The position numbers and the translations under genes are program-made. The notes below the pieces were generated by a model. It was not told where the DNA came from and made no database searches. It saw nothing but the letters and a program-made list of their open reading frames with translations. Source: Methanomethylovorans hollandica DSM 15978 (GTDB lineage Archaea > Halobacteriota > Methanosarcinia > Methanosarcinales > Methanosarcinaceae). From it: a stretch of 64,000 bases of DNA. Where the stretch lies: contig NC_019977.1 in NCBI RefSeq assembly GCF_000328665.1, positions 930,001 to 994,000 of the forward strand. Direction: 5' to 3'. Positions 52,681 to 63,987 of this stretch are shown piece after piece (within the stretch, counting starts at the first letter, position 1; the number at the start of each line of letters is the position of its first letter).

Positions 52681-53652
52681 TCATTGATTTTGCTTTTTGT
52701 CAGGTATTTTGTCCAGTTCTTTTTTTATTTCCGATGCCTGTTTCATGTATTTGGCGGACATTAAACTGTGAACCTCTGCATCTATGATCTTTTCCTTCAG
52801 GTCCGAATCAATTGCTGAAAGGACTTTCTGTATTGCAGCGTATCTGTATTCCAGTTTCTGGATATCTGTATCCTTATGCGCATCTTTGTTCTTTCTATTC
52901 AGATAGATGGCGCCGCCAAGAACCAGAAGACCAGTAATGAAAAACAAATAAGACAAGTATGTGGTATCATTTGATGTCTTTGCCTTTGTTGTGGACACTG
53001 TGATCTCATTGAAGGACGGATGGGTGAATAAGAAACTTGTGATATTACCCTCGCGCCTGGAATTCGAAGATAGTGGCATCCCGTTCCCGTCAACTATCAC
53101 CGGATCAAAACCCTGCTTTGTTTTCACGTTCAACACAAGAGAGTGGACCGAAGACGGCTGATATCCTGGCAGTGTGAGCATTTTAGTGAACTGGCCATTA
53201 GAACTTTCAGGTAAAAGATATACAAGACCGTACAACTGCGGCAACCCGGACGGAGAAGTACTGTTCTCAATGAAATAGAGGATATCTCCTGTTCTGTTAT
53301 AGGCTATATCCATTGCAGATGTTGCATCAGACATATCCTGTTTTTGAAAAAGCATCACTGTAGAATCTGCTGGAACTGAGAGGCCTATCATAGTAACATT
53401 TGCATTATCGGGCAGAAGTGTCCATGTTTCCTGAACAAGGATCCCATCCACATAGCTCATGTCCATATCAATGATGTATTGCTGAAAATACATGTCAGAA
53501 AAACCTGTATCATTCCCGGTTGTCAGAGCAGTTGTGTTACCTGCTGCAACCGTATGGAGCAACATAAAAAGGCAGGTGATCATGAAGAGCGAGCGCTTCA
53601 GGCGTATGAACATCTGATGATCCTGTTTTCTGTGCGATAAATGAAGATTCAT
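52681..53652 (-). CDS. Hypothetical exported protein with a single C-terminal TM and charged tail
   Basis: Signal-like N-terminus, beta-rich N/S/T-rich ectodomain, TM LFFITGLLVLGGAIYL, helical tail; start uncertain. Confidence 0.7.
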   Translation of the reverse strand: MNLHLSHRKQDHQMFIRLKRSLFMITCLFMLLHTVAAGNTTALTTGNDTGFSDMYFQQYIIDMDMSYVDGILVQETWTLLPDNANVTMIGLSVPADSTVMLFQKQDMSDATSAMDIAYNRTGDILYFIENSTSPSGLPQLYGLVYLLPESSNGQFTKMLTLPGYQPSSVHSLVLNVKTKQGFDPVIVDGNGMPLSSNSRREGNITSFLFTHPSFNEITVSTTKAKTSNDTTYLSYLFFITGLLVLGGAIYLNRKNKDAHKDTDIQKLEYRYAAIQKVLSAIDSDLKEKIIDAEVHSLMSAKYMKQASEIKKELDKIPDKKQNQ

Positions 53653-54221
53653 GGACTGATCCCTTTTAGTGCATTCATGTGTGCCAATTGTTATATGTTT
53701 TTGCTTTTAGCAGCGTGGTCCTGGATCATAATGTAATCATCCTGTGTTCTTTTGGAGAACCGTATAAATGGCTCCGACAAACACATATTTATATATCAAT
53801 TTGTAAAGTATAGATCTAGTAAAGTTGTCTATGAGGATGATAGATGCCGGAAGATGGTGGTAAATAGGTAGCCTTTGGTCTGAGATCTGTCTGACATCAG
53901 TAAACTCTCACAGCAACTGTCGAGCACCTTCTTAAAGATGGTCTGACTGAAAATTTCGCATGCTACAAGGTGTCATGTTGGGCATCATGACGATATACAG
54001 AAGGATAAGTGATAGGTAAGCTGTCCTGCACCATAGTATGTTGGCTTACCTCTATCTTTAAATATAAACACATAAGTATAAAAGTAAGTAATGGTATATA
54101 GTATCGCTATAGTGTAATGACGCAATTCCATAGATTAGGAATTCGTGTGAAAATGCATATTACAGCTATGTGTTCATTCACATGTTCATTACAGAAGTGT
54201 ACTCAGTAATCCAGCGAGGGG

Positions 54222-55388
54222 ATGAACGTGCAGTCCATAGTACAGGAAGCATTAAAACACACAGAAAAGGATAGAGAACATCGAAAAACAGTAGCAGTGG
54301 ATGATCAACTCGAAGGCTTCGGAATGCCGCGTATCACGATCGTAGGTTGTGGTGGCGCAGGCAATAACACCGTAAACAGGCTCTACAACATTGGTATAGA
54401 AGGTGCCGAGACCATTGCCATCAATACTGACAAACAGCATCTGGACAATATCAGGGCTGACAAGAAGATCCTTGTAGGTAAGACACTTACCCGTGGGCTT
54501 GGTGCCGGAGGCTATCCCGAAGTGGGTGCAAAGGCAGCAGAACTGGCTCGCAGCACCCTTGAAGATATATTCAAGGAAACAGATCTTGTGTTCATTACTG
54601 CAGGTATGGGTGGAGGTACAGGTACTGGTGTCGCACCCGTTGTGGCCGATATAGCCAAACAACAGGGAGCTATAGTAGTGGGTATGGTCTCCAGTCCGTT
54701 TAGGGTTGAAAGGGCAAGGACCGTCAAGGCAGAGGAAGGTCTTGAGGACCTGCGTAAAGCCGCAGATACCGTAATAGTACTTGACAATAACAGATTGCTG
54801 GAATATGTGCCAAATCTACCCATCGAGCAGGCTTTCTCAGTAATGGACCAGCTTATTGCGGAAACGGTAAAAGGTATCACTGAAACAATCACACAGCCAT
54901 CTCTCATTAATCTGGACTACGCAGACATAAGGGCTATTATGGGTTGTGGCGGTGTTGCTGTCATGCTTGTGGGAGAGAGCAAGAATCAGGACAAGAGTAA
55001 TGATGTAGTGCGCACAGCATTGAACCATCCCTTACTGGATGTGGACTACAGGGGAGCAACCGGTAGCCTTGTACATATTACAGGCGGTCCGGACCTTAGT
55101 CTTAAAGAAGCGGAAGAAATTGCTTCATCCCTTACTTATGAACTTTCACCCAGTGCCAATGTAATATGGGGTGCGAGGATAAGGGATGACTACGAGGGTA
55201 AAGTGCGTGTTATGGCCATCATGACAGGTGTCCAGTCTGCACAGGTGCTTGGTCCTAAGAATTCAGCAGGTGCAATGCCCCTGTCAGTAAAAGGCAATTC
55301 ATCTGTGTATAGCAGAACACGTCAACCAGTTGTTGAGTCTCTTGGTCAGAGAAGGCAAAGCGGGTCAATAATCGATATAATAGGCTGA
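54222..55388 (+). CDS. ftsZ: Cell division protein FtsZ (FtsZ2 type)
   Basis: [25 protein letters not shown]-terminus like archaeal FtsZ2; start may be GTG 54228. Confidence 0.97.
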   Translation: MNVQSIVQEALKHTEKDREHRKTVAVDDQLEGFGMPRITIVGCGGAGNNTVNRLYNIGIEGAETIAINTDKQHLDNIRADKKILVGKTLTRGLGAGGYPEVGAKAAELARSTLEDIFKETDLVFITAGMGGGTGTGVAPVVADIAKQQGAIVVGMVSSPFRVERARTVKAEEGLEDLRKAADTVIVLDNNRLLEYVPNLPIEQAFSVMDQLIAETVKGITETITQPSLINLDYADIRAIMGCGGVAVMLVGESKNQDKSNDVVRTALNHPLLDVDYRGATGSLVHITGGPDLSLKEAEEIASSLTYELSPSANVIWGARIRDDYEGKVRVMAIMTGVQSAQVLGPKNSAGAMPLSVKGNSSVYSRTRQPVVESLGQRRQSGSIIDIIG

Positions 55389-55474
55389 ACTTAGAAAACT
55401 CAGGTTACTTTAATGTACCTGTTCCTTTTTTTATAGCAGATATTCTTTTTAACTATCTGTACAATTAGTGTTAC

Positions 55475-56956
55475 ATGAATGTCCTGATTGCTACGGGAAA
55501 ACTTGCAGAAGGTACTGTAAGGAAAGCTGTAGGTTCAAAAGCACATATTATGGTACTGGATATAGACATAGCGGCATTTATCACTCCACGTCGCCTTATA
55601 GAAGCTTTGAAAAAAGGATCCGCCCAAAAACACTACGACATTATCTTTGTTCCTGGCCTTGTATCAGGGAATTTCTCAAAAGCTGTTGAGGAGCTTGGAA
55701 GTAAAATATACCTCGGTCCGAAACATGCTTATGATTTAGGGTATGTTCTGGATTTTGTAGGAAAGATAGAGTTTTCCACCAATATCCCTGCCTGTGAACT
55801 GCTGGCAGATGTCAGAAAAAAATTGGCCATGGAGAAAGTGGAACAGCTAGAAGCTTCCTGTGAACCTTTGATGTGTATAAGAGATGTAAAGCTTGGTGGG
55901 GGCAGCCGTATGAAGGTACTGGCCGAGATCGTGGATGCGACTGGTATGGAGACCACTGCCCTTGAAAAGAAAATAATGGCCTTTACTAACTATGGTGCAG
56001 ACATGATCGACCTGGGCGCATCTCTCAATGCTACACCCGATGATGTGGAACGCACTATCCGTGTTGCCAGAAAAGTGACAACTTTGCCCATCAGTATCGA
56101 TACGCTTGACCCTGCTCTTCTCAGGCGTGCAATAGAAACAGGTGTTGACCTGGTATTAAGTCTCAACAACAGTAATCTAAATGAGATCGGTCCTCTTGCA
56201 GCATCTGCAGAAGTTACTGTTGTGGTCATACCCGATAGTTGCGAAGAACTGGGTAGCCTTGTAAAAAATATCGAAAAGGCAAAAGAACTGGGCATTCGGA
56301 AGATCATTGCAGACCCTGTGCTTGATCCCATTGGCCACGGCATAGCCGGTTCCATTGTGCGCTATTATGAATTCCAAAGATATTTACCTGAAATTCCTGT
56401 TTTCTTCGGAGCGGGGAACGTAACTGAACTTCTGGATGTTGATTCCCATGGAGTGAATGCGACCCTTTGTGGCATAGCAGCAGATCTTGGTGCCAGTATA
56501 CTTTTTACCCCGGAGTATAGTAATAAGACCCAGGGATCGATAAGAGAATTAAAGATTGCATCCCAGATGATGATACTTGCCATGGAAAGGCAGAGTTCTC
56601 CAAAGGACCTGGGCATAGACCTTATAGTAGTTAAGGAAAAAAGGCGACGAACAGATTCAGATATGCCTTTGAAGTTCACGACGGCTAAAGAGAACAGGAT
56701 GTGGAAGATCGATCCTGCCGGCAGTGTGGGGATAGGCATAATACCTCATGAGGAAAGAAGGGGTGAAGGTTTGATAGTTGCCAAACATACCACTTCCACA
56801 ATAGTGGGTACCAATGCAAAAGCAGTTTTTGATACGCTTGTGGACCTGCAGCTAGTATCTACTTTAGAACATGCCGGCTATCTCGGGCGGGAGCTTAAAA
56901 AAGCGGAAATTGCCTTAAGGTTTAATAGAAGTTATGCACAGGATGATGAGTTCTAG
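55475..56956 (+). CDS. Dihydropteroate-synthase-related protein (TIGR00284-like)
   Basis: LIATGKLAE, KVLAEIVDA, SIDT, GNVTELLDVDS, HAGYLGREL.KAE. Confidence 0.85.
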   Translation: MNVLIATGKLAEGTVRKAVGSKAHIMVLDIDIAAFITPRRLIEALKKGSAQKHYDIIFVPGLVSGNFSKAVEELGSKIYLGPKHAYDLGYVLDFVGKIEFSTNIPACELLADVRKKLAMEKVEQLEASCEPLMCIRDVKLGGGSRMKVLAEIVDATGMETTALEKKIMAFTNYGADMIDLGASLNATPDDVERTIRVARKVTTLPISIDTLDPALLRRAIETGVDLVLSLNNSNLNEIGPLAASAEVTVVVIPDSCEELGSLVKNIEKAKELGIRKIIADPVLDPIGHGIAGSIVRYYEFQRYLPEIPVFFGAGNVTELLDVDSHGVNATLCGIAADLGASILFTPEYSNKTQGSIRELKIASQMMILAMERQSSPKDLGIDLIVVKEKRRRTDSDMPLKFTTAKENRMWKIDPAGSVGIGIIPHEERRGEGLIVAKHTTSTIVGTNAKAVFDTLVDLQLVSTLEHAGYLGRELKKAEIALRFNRSYAQDDEF

Positions 56957-56964
56957 GTGTTATT

Positions 56965-57426
56965 ATGATACTTCAGCAAGAAGATAAAGATGCCATAGTA
57001 GCCATAGTAGCTGCACGTCATTTCTCAGAGCAGAAATGGAAATGGATCAATCTGAAAAAAGATCTACAAAAGGTTCTGAAAGCTTTTGAGGAAATAAAGG
57101 AGCAGTATGATAAATATCCATATATGAGCAAGGACTGGTATGTAGAGAATTCCGCTACCAAAAGTACACATATGTGTGATACCTGGGAAGAGCTTCTTCT
57201 TCTGGTGGAGTTCCTGAGGGATTATGCCCAGTACTTCGATTTCATGGTCAGGTATGAAGGTGGAAGAAAAATGTTCTCCATTGCCAGCCATGATGGGGAA
57301 CTCACACATGAGCAGGAGAATGCGATCACTGTCGCAAGGAGGCTCAGATGCAATGTTATCGTATTCTCCGTAGAAGTACCGGATTCCATTGAGTTCAATC
57401 TGATCCAGATTGGAGGAGGAATATAA
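56965..57426 (+). CDS. Hypothetical protein, 153 aa
   Basis: ORF 8 nt after the previous gene; operon-like. Confidence 0.7.
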   Translation: MILQQEDKDAIVAIVAARHFSEQKWKWINLKKDLQKVLKAFEEIKEQYDKYPYMSKDWYVENSATKSTHMCDTWEELLLLVEFLRDYAQYFDFMVRYEGGRKMFSIASHDGELTHEQENAITVARRLRCNVIVFSVEVPDSIEFNLIQIGGGI

Positions 57427-57612
57427 CTTAAAGTGTATCGAGATGCCATTAGTGACTTAGGATCCTAACCAACTTTTTATATAGTATTGAAGAATATTAG
57501 CCCCAGCCAGTCTCATTTATACATGAGCTGTGAATACAGCTTACAAATATGATACTCATACGTGATATATAATATATAAATCAGAATCAAAGACAAATAG
57601 AGGAGTTACATA

Positions 57613-59634
57613 ATGGATGTTCTATACTACCTGGCACCTCTTGCCGGTCTTGTCAGTCTGATATTCGCTGGCTTCTTTGCAAGAAGTGTTCTTAAAGAAG
57701 GCACTGGATCAAAGGAGATGCAGGCAATATCAGCTGCCATACAGGAAGGTGCAATGGCTTATCTGAATCGTCAGTACAAAACAATAGCCGTCGTGGCAAT
57801 CATTCTGGCAGTCCTTATATACGCACTGCTGCCTGATGGAGATAAGATCGCCATCGGTTTCCTGGTGGGTGCCATCAGTTCTGCTATTGCAGGGTACATA
57901 GGAATGAACGTGTCTGTAAGGGCAAATGTAAGGACAGCGCATGCTGCTTCCAGTGGTCTGCAAAAAGCAATGCATGTGGCATTCCGTGGTGGAGCGGTCA
58001 CCGGTCTTGCTGTGGTCGGACTTGCCTTGCTTGGTACCAGTGGATTCTACATACTTTACGGTGATGTAGACCTTGTAGTAGGTTTCGGTTTCGGTGCCAG
58101 TCTTATCAGCCTGTTCGCCAGGGTTGGCGGTGGTATATTCACAAAGGCCGCAGACGTAGGTGCAGACCTCGTGGGTAAGATCGAAGCAGGTATCCCTGAA
58201 GATGACCCGCGTAATGCTGCTGTTATTGCTGACAATGTAGGAGACAATGTAGGTGACTGTGCTGGCATGGGTGCAGACCTCTTCGAGACATATGTTGTCA
58301 CTGTGCTGGCTTCAATGCTGCTCGGTTCAATTATAATTGACAAATACCCCAATGCTATCCTGTATCCCCTGTTGCTGGGAGCATCAGCAATTATCGCTTC
58401 CGTCATATCGGTCTTCTTCGTAAAGATCGGCTCAGATGGTAAAATAATGAAAGCTTTGTACAAGGGTGTTGCAGGCTCTGCTATCATCAGTCTTGTATTC
58501 TTCTATTTCATCACCGATTCACTGATGAATGATATGAGGATATATCTTGCTGCTGTAGTGGGTATAGTGATCATGGTCCTCATGGTGGTTATCACCGAAT
58601 ATTACACTTCTACGAAATTCCGTCCTGTGAAGATAATTGCCGAGGCTTCCAAGACCGGTGCAGGAACTAACGTTATCTCTGGCCTTGCCATTGGTTTTGA
58701 GAGTACTGCTCTGCCTGTGATAACAATCGTCCTCGGTATACTTGCTTCTTACTTTGTTGTGGGAGGCATGGCAGATCCTGAAGTAGGGTTATATGGCATA
58801 GCCGTTGCAGCTGCAGCAATGCTCTCCACAACTGGTATGATCGTTGCGCTTGACTCCTATGGCCCCATCACCGATAATGCAGGTGGTATCGCTGAAATGG
58901 CAGGTATGCCTTCAAGCGTGCGTAAGGTCACAGATGCCCTGGATGCAGTAGGTAACACCACAAAGGCTGTTACAAAAGGTTATGCGATCGGTTCTGCGGC
59001 TTTGGGCGCCCTGGCTTTGTTCGCAGATTATAAACACAAGGTTTCACCTGTTGGCGCTTCCCTCAACCTGAGCCTGGATCAGCCAGTGGTGCTCGTAGGT
59101 CTCTTCATTGGCGGACTGTTACCTTTCCTTTTCACAGCTGTCACCATGCAGGCTGTGGGTAAGGCAGCTATCAAGATCGTTGATGAAGTACGCCGTCAGT
59201 TCAGGGAGATCCCCGGTATCATGGAAGGGACAGCAAAACCGGAATACGGGAAATGTGTAGATATTGTGACCGCTGCAGCCATCCGTGAAATGGCCATCCC
59301 CGGTTTCCTTGCAATTGTAGTCCCTCTTGCAGTAGGCCTTTTACTTGGTCCATCTGCCCTTGGCGGACTGCTTATAGGTCTTATTGTTGCAGGTTTGCTG
59401 CTTGCACTTACAATGGATAACGGCGGAGGAGCCTGGGACAATGCCAAGAAGTACATAGAGGATGGAAACTATGGTGGAAAAGGTTCAGATGCACACAAGG
59501 CTGCAATAGTAGGTGACACCGTAGGTGATCCTTTCAAAGACACATCCGGTCCTGCCCTCAATGCTCTGATCAAGGTGGTAAACATGATCGCCATCCTGTT
59601 CTCAACTCTTTTCATTGGCAAAGGACTGCTGTAA
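57613..59634 (+). CDS. hppA: Membrane-bound cation-translocating pyrophosphatase, K+-independent type
   Basis: [40 protein letters not shown]. Confidence 0.96.
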   Translation: MDVLYYLAPLAGLVSLIFAGFFARSVLKEGTGSKEMQAISAAIQEGAMAYLNRQYKTIAVVAIILAVLIYALLPDGDKIAIGFLVGAISSAIAGYIGMNVSVRANVRTAHAASSGLQKAMHVAFRGGAVTGLAVVGLALLGTSGFYILYGDVDLVVGFGFGASLISLFARVGGGIFTKAADVGADLVGKIEAGIPEDDPRNAAVIADNVGDNVGDCAGMGADLFETYVVTVLASMLLGSIIIDKYPNAILYPLLLGASAIIASVISVFFVKIGSDGKIMKALYKGVAGSAIISLVFFYFITDSLMNDMRIYLAAVVGIVIMVLMVVITEYYTSTKFRPVKIIAEASKTGAGTNVISGLAIGFESTALPVITIVLGILASYFVVGGMADPEVGLYGIAVAAAAMLSTTGMIVALDSYGPITDNAGGIAEMAGMPSSVRKVTDALDAVGNTTKAVTKGYAIGSAALGALALFADYKHKVSPVGASLNLSLDQPVVLVGLFIGGLLPFLFTAVTMQAVGKAAIKIVDEVRRQFREIPGIMEGTAKPEYGKCVDIVTAAAIREMAIPGFLAIVVPLAVGLLLGPSALGGLLIGLIVAGLLLALTMDNGGGAWDNAKKYIEDGNYGGKGSDAHKAAIVGDTVGDPFKDTSGPALNALIKVVNMIAILFSTLFIGKGLL

Positions 59635-59640
59635 TGGATC

Positions 59641-59676
59641 AAAAAAGAGTGAGGCTACGTGGCCTCACTCTTTTTT
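59641..59676 (+). terminator. Strong hairpin terminator after hppA
   Basis: aaaaaagagtgaggc-tacgtg-gcctcactctttttt, 15-bp perfect arms. Confidence 0.8.
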
Positions 59677-59734
59677 AAGTTTTTAGAAACACTTTTTATA
59701 TTAATATGCATTAGGTAGTTACAGGAGCAGAAGC

Positions 59735-60631
59735 ATGCATGAAGATTTGGGCACCTTACTAAACAAGGGATATAGGACATGGAACAGGAACATGATAATA
59801 GCAGTTCCTTTTATTTTAGATATGATGGCAACAATCATTTTTTCCTTGTTCGCTGTGACCATTTTCCTAATGATCTTTGTAGTGCCTGAAATAGCATCTT
59901 CCACTATAGCCGGTGATGTACCCCCTGAAGTATACTTGGAAATACTTGGTTCACTTTTAAAAGAAAATCTCCTGCTGTTAGTAGCAGGTGCTTTGTTCCT
60001 CTTGATATTGTTCTTATTTATAGGATCATTTTTTGAAGCAGGAGCTATCGGCATGTGCCGTCTTGCACTGCTTAGCGGAGATACGTCCGTGGGACAAATG
60101 TGGGCATCTGCACGCCACCATGTTTTGAACCTGATGTTTGCTAAAATACTGGTAGCGCTTATTATTATGGCAGGCGTGGTGTTTCTGGTACCGGGCATAC
60201 TGATTGCAGGCGACCTTGGATCATTGGGGTCCGATCCAACTTCCACAGGAAGTATACTGCTGGCAGTTGGTATGTTAGTCTGGTTCCTCTATGCTCTGGT
60301 TGCCGGAATATTGCTGTTCTTCGTAGAATATGCTTTGGTAGTAGATGACCTGGACCCCATCTCAGCACTTGAGAAGAGTTTAGAGTTCTTTAAAGACAAC
60401 AAAGCTGGTGTGATCTCGATCATCGGAATAATAGTTGCCATTTCCCTGGGACTTGAAATATTCGGAAGTGCTATCAGTTCAGTGGAAGCCCTGTCAGATG
60501 TATGGAGCCTGGTGTATCTTTTCCTTTCTGTGATTGTAATAAGACCACTTACAACTACCTGGATAGCACGGATGTATATGGACCGTACGGGGAAGGAACT
60601 GTATTCGTTTGATATATACAACTTTGAATAA
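59735..60631 (+). CDS. Hypothetical multi-pass membrane protein
   Basis: About 6 hydrophobic segments; YALVVDDLDPISALEKS pattern. Confidence 0.8.
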   Translation: MHEDLGTLLNKGYRTWNRNMIIAVPFILDMMATIIFSLFAVTIFLMIFVVPEIASSTIAGDVPPEVYLEILGSLLKENLLLLVAGALFLLILFLFIGSFFEAGAIGMCRLALLSGDTSVGQMWASARHHVLNLMFAKILVALIIMAGVVFLVPGILIAGDLGSLGSDPTSTGSILLAVGMLVWFLYALVAGILLFFVEYALVVDDLDPISALEKSLEFFKDNKAGVISIIGIIVAISLGLEIFGSAISSVEALSDVWSLVYLFLSVIVIRPLTTTWIARMYMDRTGKELYSFDIYNFE

Positions 60632-60637
60632 AGGTAG

Positions 60638-61546
60638 TTACTGTTTTCCAAGTAACTTACATGCCTGGCAGAGTTCACTACTGCATGCCTGTCCGCATAA
60701 ACGGCAACTAGCAAGTTTTGCAATGGGTATCTCCCTGGAAAGGACATTTGCTATCTTATCAAAACCGCTCAGCAGAGAATATTTTGTCCCCGGATGTTTA
60801 TCCTCAAAATCATCCAGCATTTCCCTCACTTCATTCCTCATGGCCTCATGTGCATAAGGGCAGGCACCGGTACTAAGCGGCAGACCGTTAAGATAAGCAT
60901 ACATGGCAACCTCTTTTTCAGGAATGTAACGCAAGGGTTTTATCCTGAGCACCAGCCCTTCCAGCTCACAGGGGGGAACAAGACGTACCATACGTGCCAC
61001 ATCGCCTTTGAGATGGTTCATCATTATTGTCTGTGCCTCATCGTCAAGATTGTGACCTATAGCAAGTTTGGTGGCACCTAATTCCAGTGCCTTGCGGTTC
61101 AGAATAGATTTACGCAGAACACCGCAATAACTGCATGTCCCTTTTTCACGTTCCAAGGAAGCTATTTCATCCATTGTCCGTTCATATTGTTCCCTGAAAG
61201 AGAGAATGATATGTTCCACACCAAGCCGGCTGGTAAGTCCTTTAGCCTGTTCCAGAGTATTGTGCCGATATCCGGCAATACCTTCGTCCACTGAAAGAGC
61301 AATGAGTCTGATATCCGGACGTGCTCCCAGGATCTTATGGAGCATATAGAGCATTACACTACTATCCTTGCCCCCGCTGACAGCCACGGCTATGGTCTCG
61401 TTCTTTCTCACAGAGTAATGCTTACGGATCGTGAGCTTGATCTTCCTTTCCACATCTTCCATGAAATGCTTCTTGCACAGATGCATACCGGAATATCTCT
61501 GGTATATAATGGAATCATGCTTACATTTATCGCATTTGATACTCAT
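60638..61546 (-). CDS. tRNA 2-thiolation protein (TtuA/Ncs6, TIGR00269-like)
   Basis: CDKC..LCKKH zinc finger, SGGKDS PP-loop, CSYCGVLR, GHNLDD, C-terminal CRLCG..CQAC. Confidence 0.9.
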   Translation of the reverse strand: MSIKCDKCKHDSIIYQRYSGMHLCKKHFMEDVERKIKLTIRKHYSVRKNETIAVAVSGGKDSSVMLYMLHKILGARPDIRLIALSVDEGIAGYRHNTLEQAKGLTSRLGVEHIILSFREQYERTMDEIASLEREKGTCSYCGVLRKSILNRKALELGATKLAIGHNLDDEAQTIMMNHLKGDVARMVRLVPPCELEGLVLRIKPLRYIPEKEVAMYAYLNGLPLSTGACPYAHEAMRNEVREMLDDFEDKHPGTKYSLLSGFDKIANVLSREIPIAKLASCRLCGQACSSELCQACKLLGKQ

Positions 61547-61715
61547 AGGTCAATTCCCGCATCAAAAAAGGCATCTTACTATTTATTTTTGTGGTGAACA
61601 GATGATCTTGCTTACTTGCCAGATGCCTGCAGTTATAAGTAACTGGAAAAGTTTATAATATATAAACTATTTTAATGTATATTTTGACTGTTTTAAATAT
61701 AGGGAAGATGAAACA

Positions 61716-63062
61716 ATGCCTGTACTAACTGAAAATTTATCTGTGCTTCTTTTACTGCTGTCTGTATTTGCAGGTTGCCTGATGGGTGTAGTGTCAGGAC
61801 TCATACCTGGGTTGCACAGCAACAATATTGCCCTGTTATTGGTATCGGTGTCACCTGTGCTCATTGAAAACGGCATACCAGCTGTATATATCATCTGCAT
61901 GATCCTGGCAAACTGTATCACTCACACCTTTCATGACATAATACCTGCCATCTATCTGGGAGTGCCTAACTCTGATATGGCACTGGCAGTCCTCCCGGGA
62001 CACCAGTTATTGCTCGATGGCAGAGGACCTGAAGCGATACGCCTGTCTGCTTTGGGAAGCGCAGGTTCTGTCATTGTATCCATTATCCTGCTTTTGCCTT
62101 TTGGTTTCCTGTTGTCCACAATATACCCTCTTATACAGGACTACATAGGCTGGATCCTCCTCTTTATAGCATTAATTATGATCATAACTGAAAAAGGTGA
62201 ACACATACCAGGCCAGGGATCCTTTACTCGTTACAGACCCATCTCTTATGCATTCTTGGTGTTCATGCTGAGTGGCCTGCTGGGCATCTTTGCATTCGGA
62301 AAAGAGAACATGGCAAGTTCACTCTTTGGATCGGACAGTCCATCGATACTGCTGCCTCTGTTAAGCGGTCTTTTTGGAGCTTCACAGTTAGTAGTAAGTC
62401 TGACAACCGGTTCAGTTATTCCACCCCAGCATACTTCGCTTATCACACTGCCTGCCAACAGGACAATAAAAGCGATTACCACCGGAAGCCTTGCAGGTTC
62501 TTTTGTAGCCTGGTTGCCTGGAGTATCATCTTCTGTCGCTACATTGCTGGCAGAACTGGTTGGAAGGATCGGGAATAAAAAAGATCATGACAAATATAAT
62601 ATGACAGATGACCCTCTGAACGAAGCACGAGAGTTCATTATTTCAGTGTCTGGTGTCAACACAGCCAATGCTGTTTTTGGTCTTTTTGTTTTTTTCTTTA
62701 TTGGAAGGGCCCGTAACGGGGCCATAGTTGCGATGTCATCGTTCTTAGAACCATCAGCAATTAGCACACCCATTATCCTTATTCTGTTGTGTGTTGTCAT
62801 CCTTGCATCGATCTTTTCGTATTATTCCACTATCAGAATAGGAAATACAGTCCACCTGTTCATGGAAAAAATTGACTATAGAAAACTGAGCATCACTGTG
62901 CTGACAGGTCTATCAGTTATGGTGATTGTATTCACTGGCGTCTTCGGTGTCATAATATTCCTCATGGCCACATCCATAGGGCTGCTGCCGTCTTTCATGA
63001 ACGTGAGAAAGAGTAATGCTATGGGTGTGATCTTACTGCCGGTTATTCTGTATTTCCTGTAA
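61716..63062 (+). CDS. TctA-family (tripartite tricarboxylate transporter) membrane protein
   Basis: GLIPGLHSN, IPAIYLGVP, VLPGH..LLDGRG, LPGVSSS. Confidence 0.85.
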   Translation: MPVLTENLSVLLLLLSVFAGCLMGVVSGLIPGLHSNNIALLLVSVSPVLIENGIPAVYIICMILANCITHTFHDIIPAIYLGVPNSDMALAVLPGHQLLLDGRGPEAIRLSALGSAGSVIVSIILLLPFGFLLSTIYPLIQDYIGWILLFIALIMIITEKGEHIPGQGSFTRYRPISYAFLVFMLSGLLGIFAFGKENMASSLFGSDSPSILLPLLSGLFGASQLVVSLTTGSVIPPQHTSLITLPANRTIKAITTGSLAGSFVAWLPGVSSSVATLLAELVGRIGNKKDHDKYNMTDDPLNEAREFIISVSGVNTANAVFGLFVFFFIGRARNGAIVAMSSFLEPSAISTPIILILLCVVILASIFSYYSTIRIGNTVHLFMEKIDYRKLSITVLTGLSVMVIVFTGVFGVIIFLMATSIGLLPSFMNVRKSNAMGVILLPVILYFL

Positions 63063-63069
63063 ATGCAGA

Positions 63070-63834
63070 TTATTGTTGGAAGCCATTGATCATCTGCATC
63101 ATATTATCCTTGATATGTTCCACAGCATCTACCCATTTGCCTCCCACATCAATGGGTGCAACGCCTTCGAGATCTGCCCGGACAAGATCTTCATCATAGG
63201 GTATCTCACCAAGTACAGGTATCCCAAGAGCCTCAAGCTGAGGTGTGAGGTTCACAGACTTCCCTTTGTTGATGACCGCTGCCAGATGTTTGACCTCTAT
63301 GCCCTCTGAGAGATGCTTTATCCTTTCAGCGGTTTCCAGGGAACGCTTGCCGGGCTCAACAACGATGATCATCAGGTCTATACCCTTTGTAGTCCCTCTG
63401 CCCAGGTGTTCGATACCCGCCTCCATATCAAGTATCACTGCACTTTTATCCTTCAGTACAACATGCCTGAGAAATGCCTTAAGGAAAGAGGATGCAGGAC
63501 ACATGCAGCCGCTACCCCCGCTATCAATGGTACCCATCACAAGCATTTTTACATTATCAGGGCCCACGACCCCGAAACTGTCTACGATATCGTCAACTTT
63601 TGGGTTTAATTTGAACAATCCTCCTTTTTCCCCTGCACGCTCTTCGATCATATCCTGATAGTCGGTAAGAGGATTCGGAGGATTGTTTATGCCGATGGAT
63701 GAAGCGAGGTTCATATCTGCATCAGCATCTATGGCTACTACATCAAAACCATCCCTTGCAAGCATCCGCGCAAGAGTACCCGAAAGCGTGGTCTTACCTA
63801 CACCACCTTTACCTGTGACAGCAATTTTCACCAT
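63070..63834 (-). CDS. cooC: CooC-type Ni-insertion ATPase (second copy)
   Basis: GKGGVGKT, GSGCMCP, DMEAGIEHLGRGT. Confidence 0.92.
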   Translation of the reverse strand: MVKIAVTGKGGVGKTTLSGTLARMLARDGFDVVAIDADADMNLASSIGINNPPNPLTDYQDMIEERAGEKGGLFKLNPKVDDIVDSFGVVGPDNVKMLVMGTIDSGGSGCMCPASSFLKAFLRHVVLKDKSAVILDMEAGIEHLGRGTTKGIDLMIIVVEPGKRSLETAERIKHLSEGIEVKHLAAVINKGKSVNLTPQLEALGIPVLGEIPYDEDLVRADLEGVAPIDVGGKWVDAVEHIKDNMMQMINGFQQ

Positions 63835-63987
63835 GCATTGAACAGGGTTATAATATAAATTATACCTTCCGGTATCCTGTTATTATATGGTCTGTAAGTT
63901 ATATTAATGCCGTCATATGTGTATCATTTATGTATCATTTATGTACATCATTCATAGTCGTAATATCAATAGTTGCTGAGGTAGAGA

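Noticed and set aside
61716..63062. TctA without TctB/TctC
   Set aside because: Stand-alone TctA homologs are common in archaea
63975..63984. gctgaggtag matching the 5' end of tRNA-Ser
   Set aside because: Only 10 nt, no cloverleaf follows, and it doubles as an RBS
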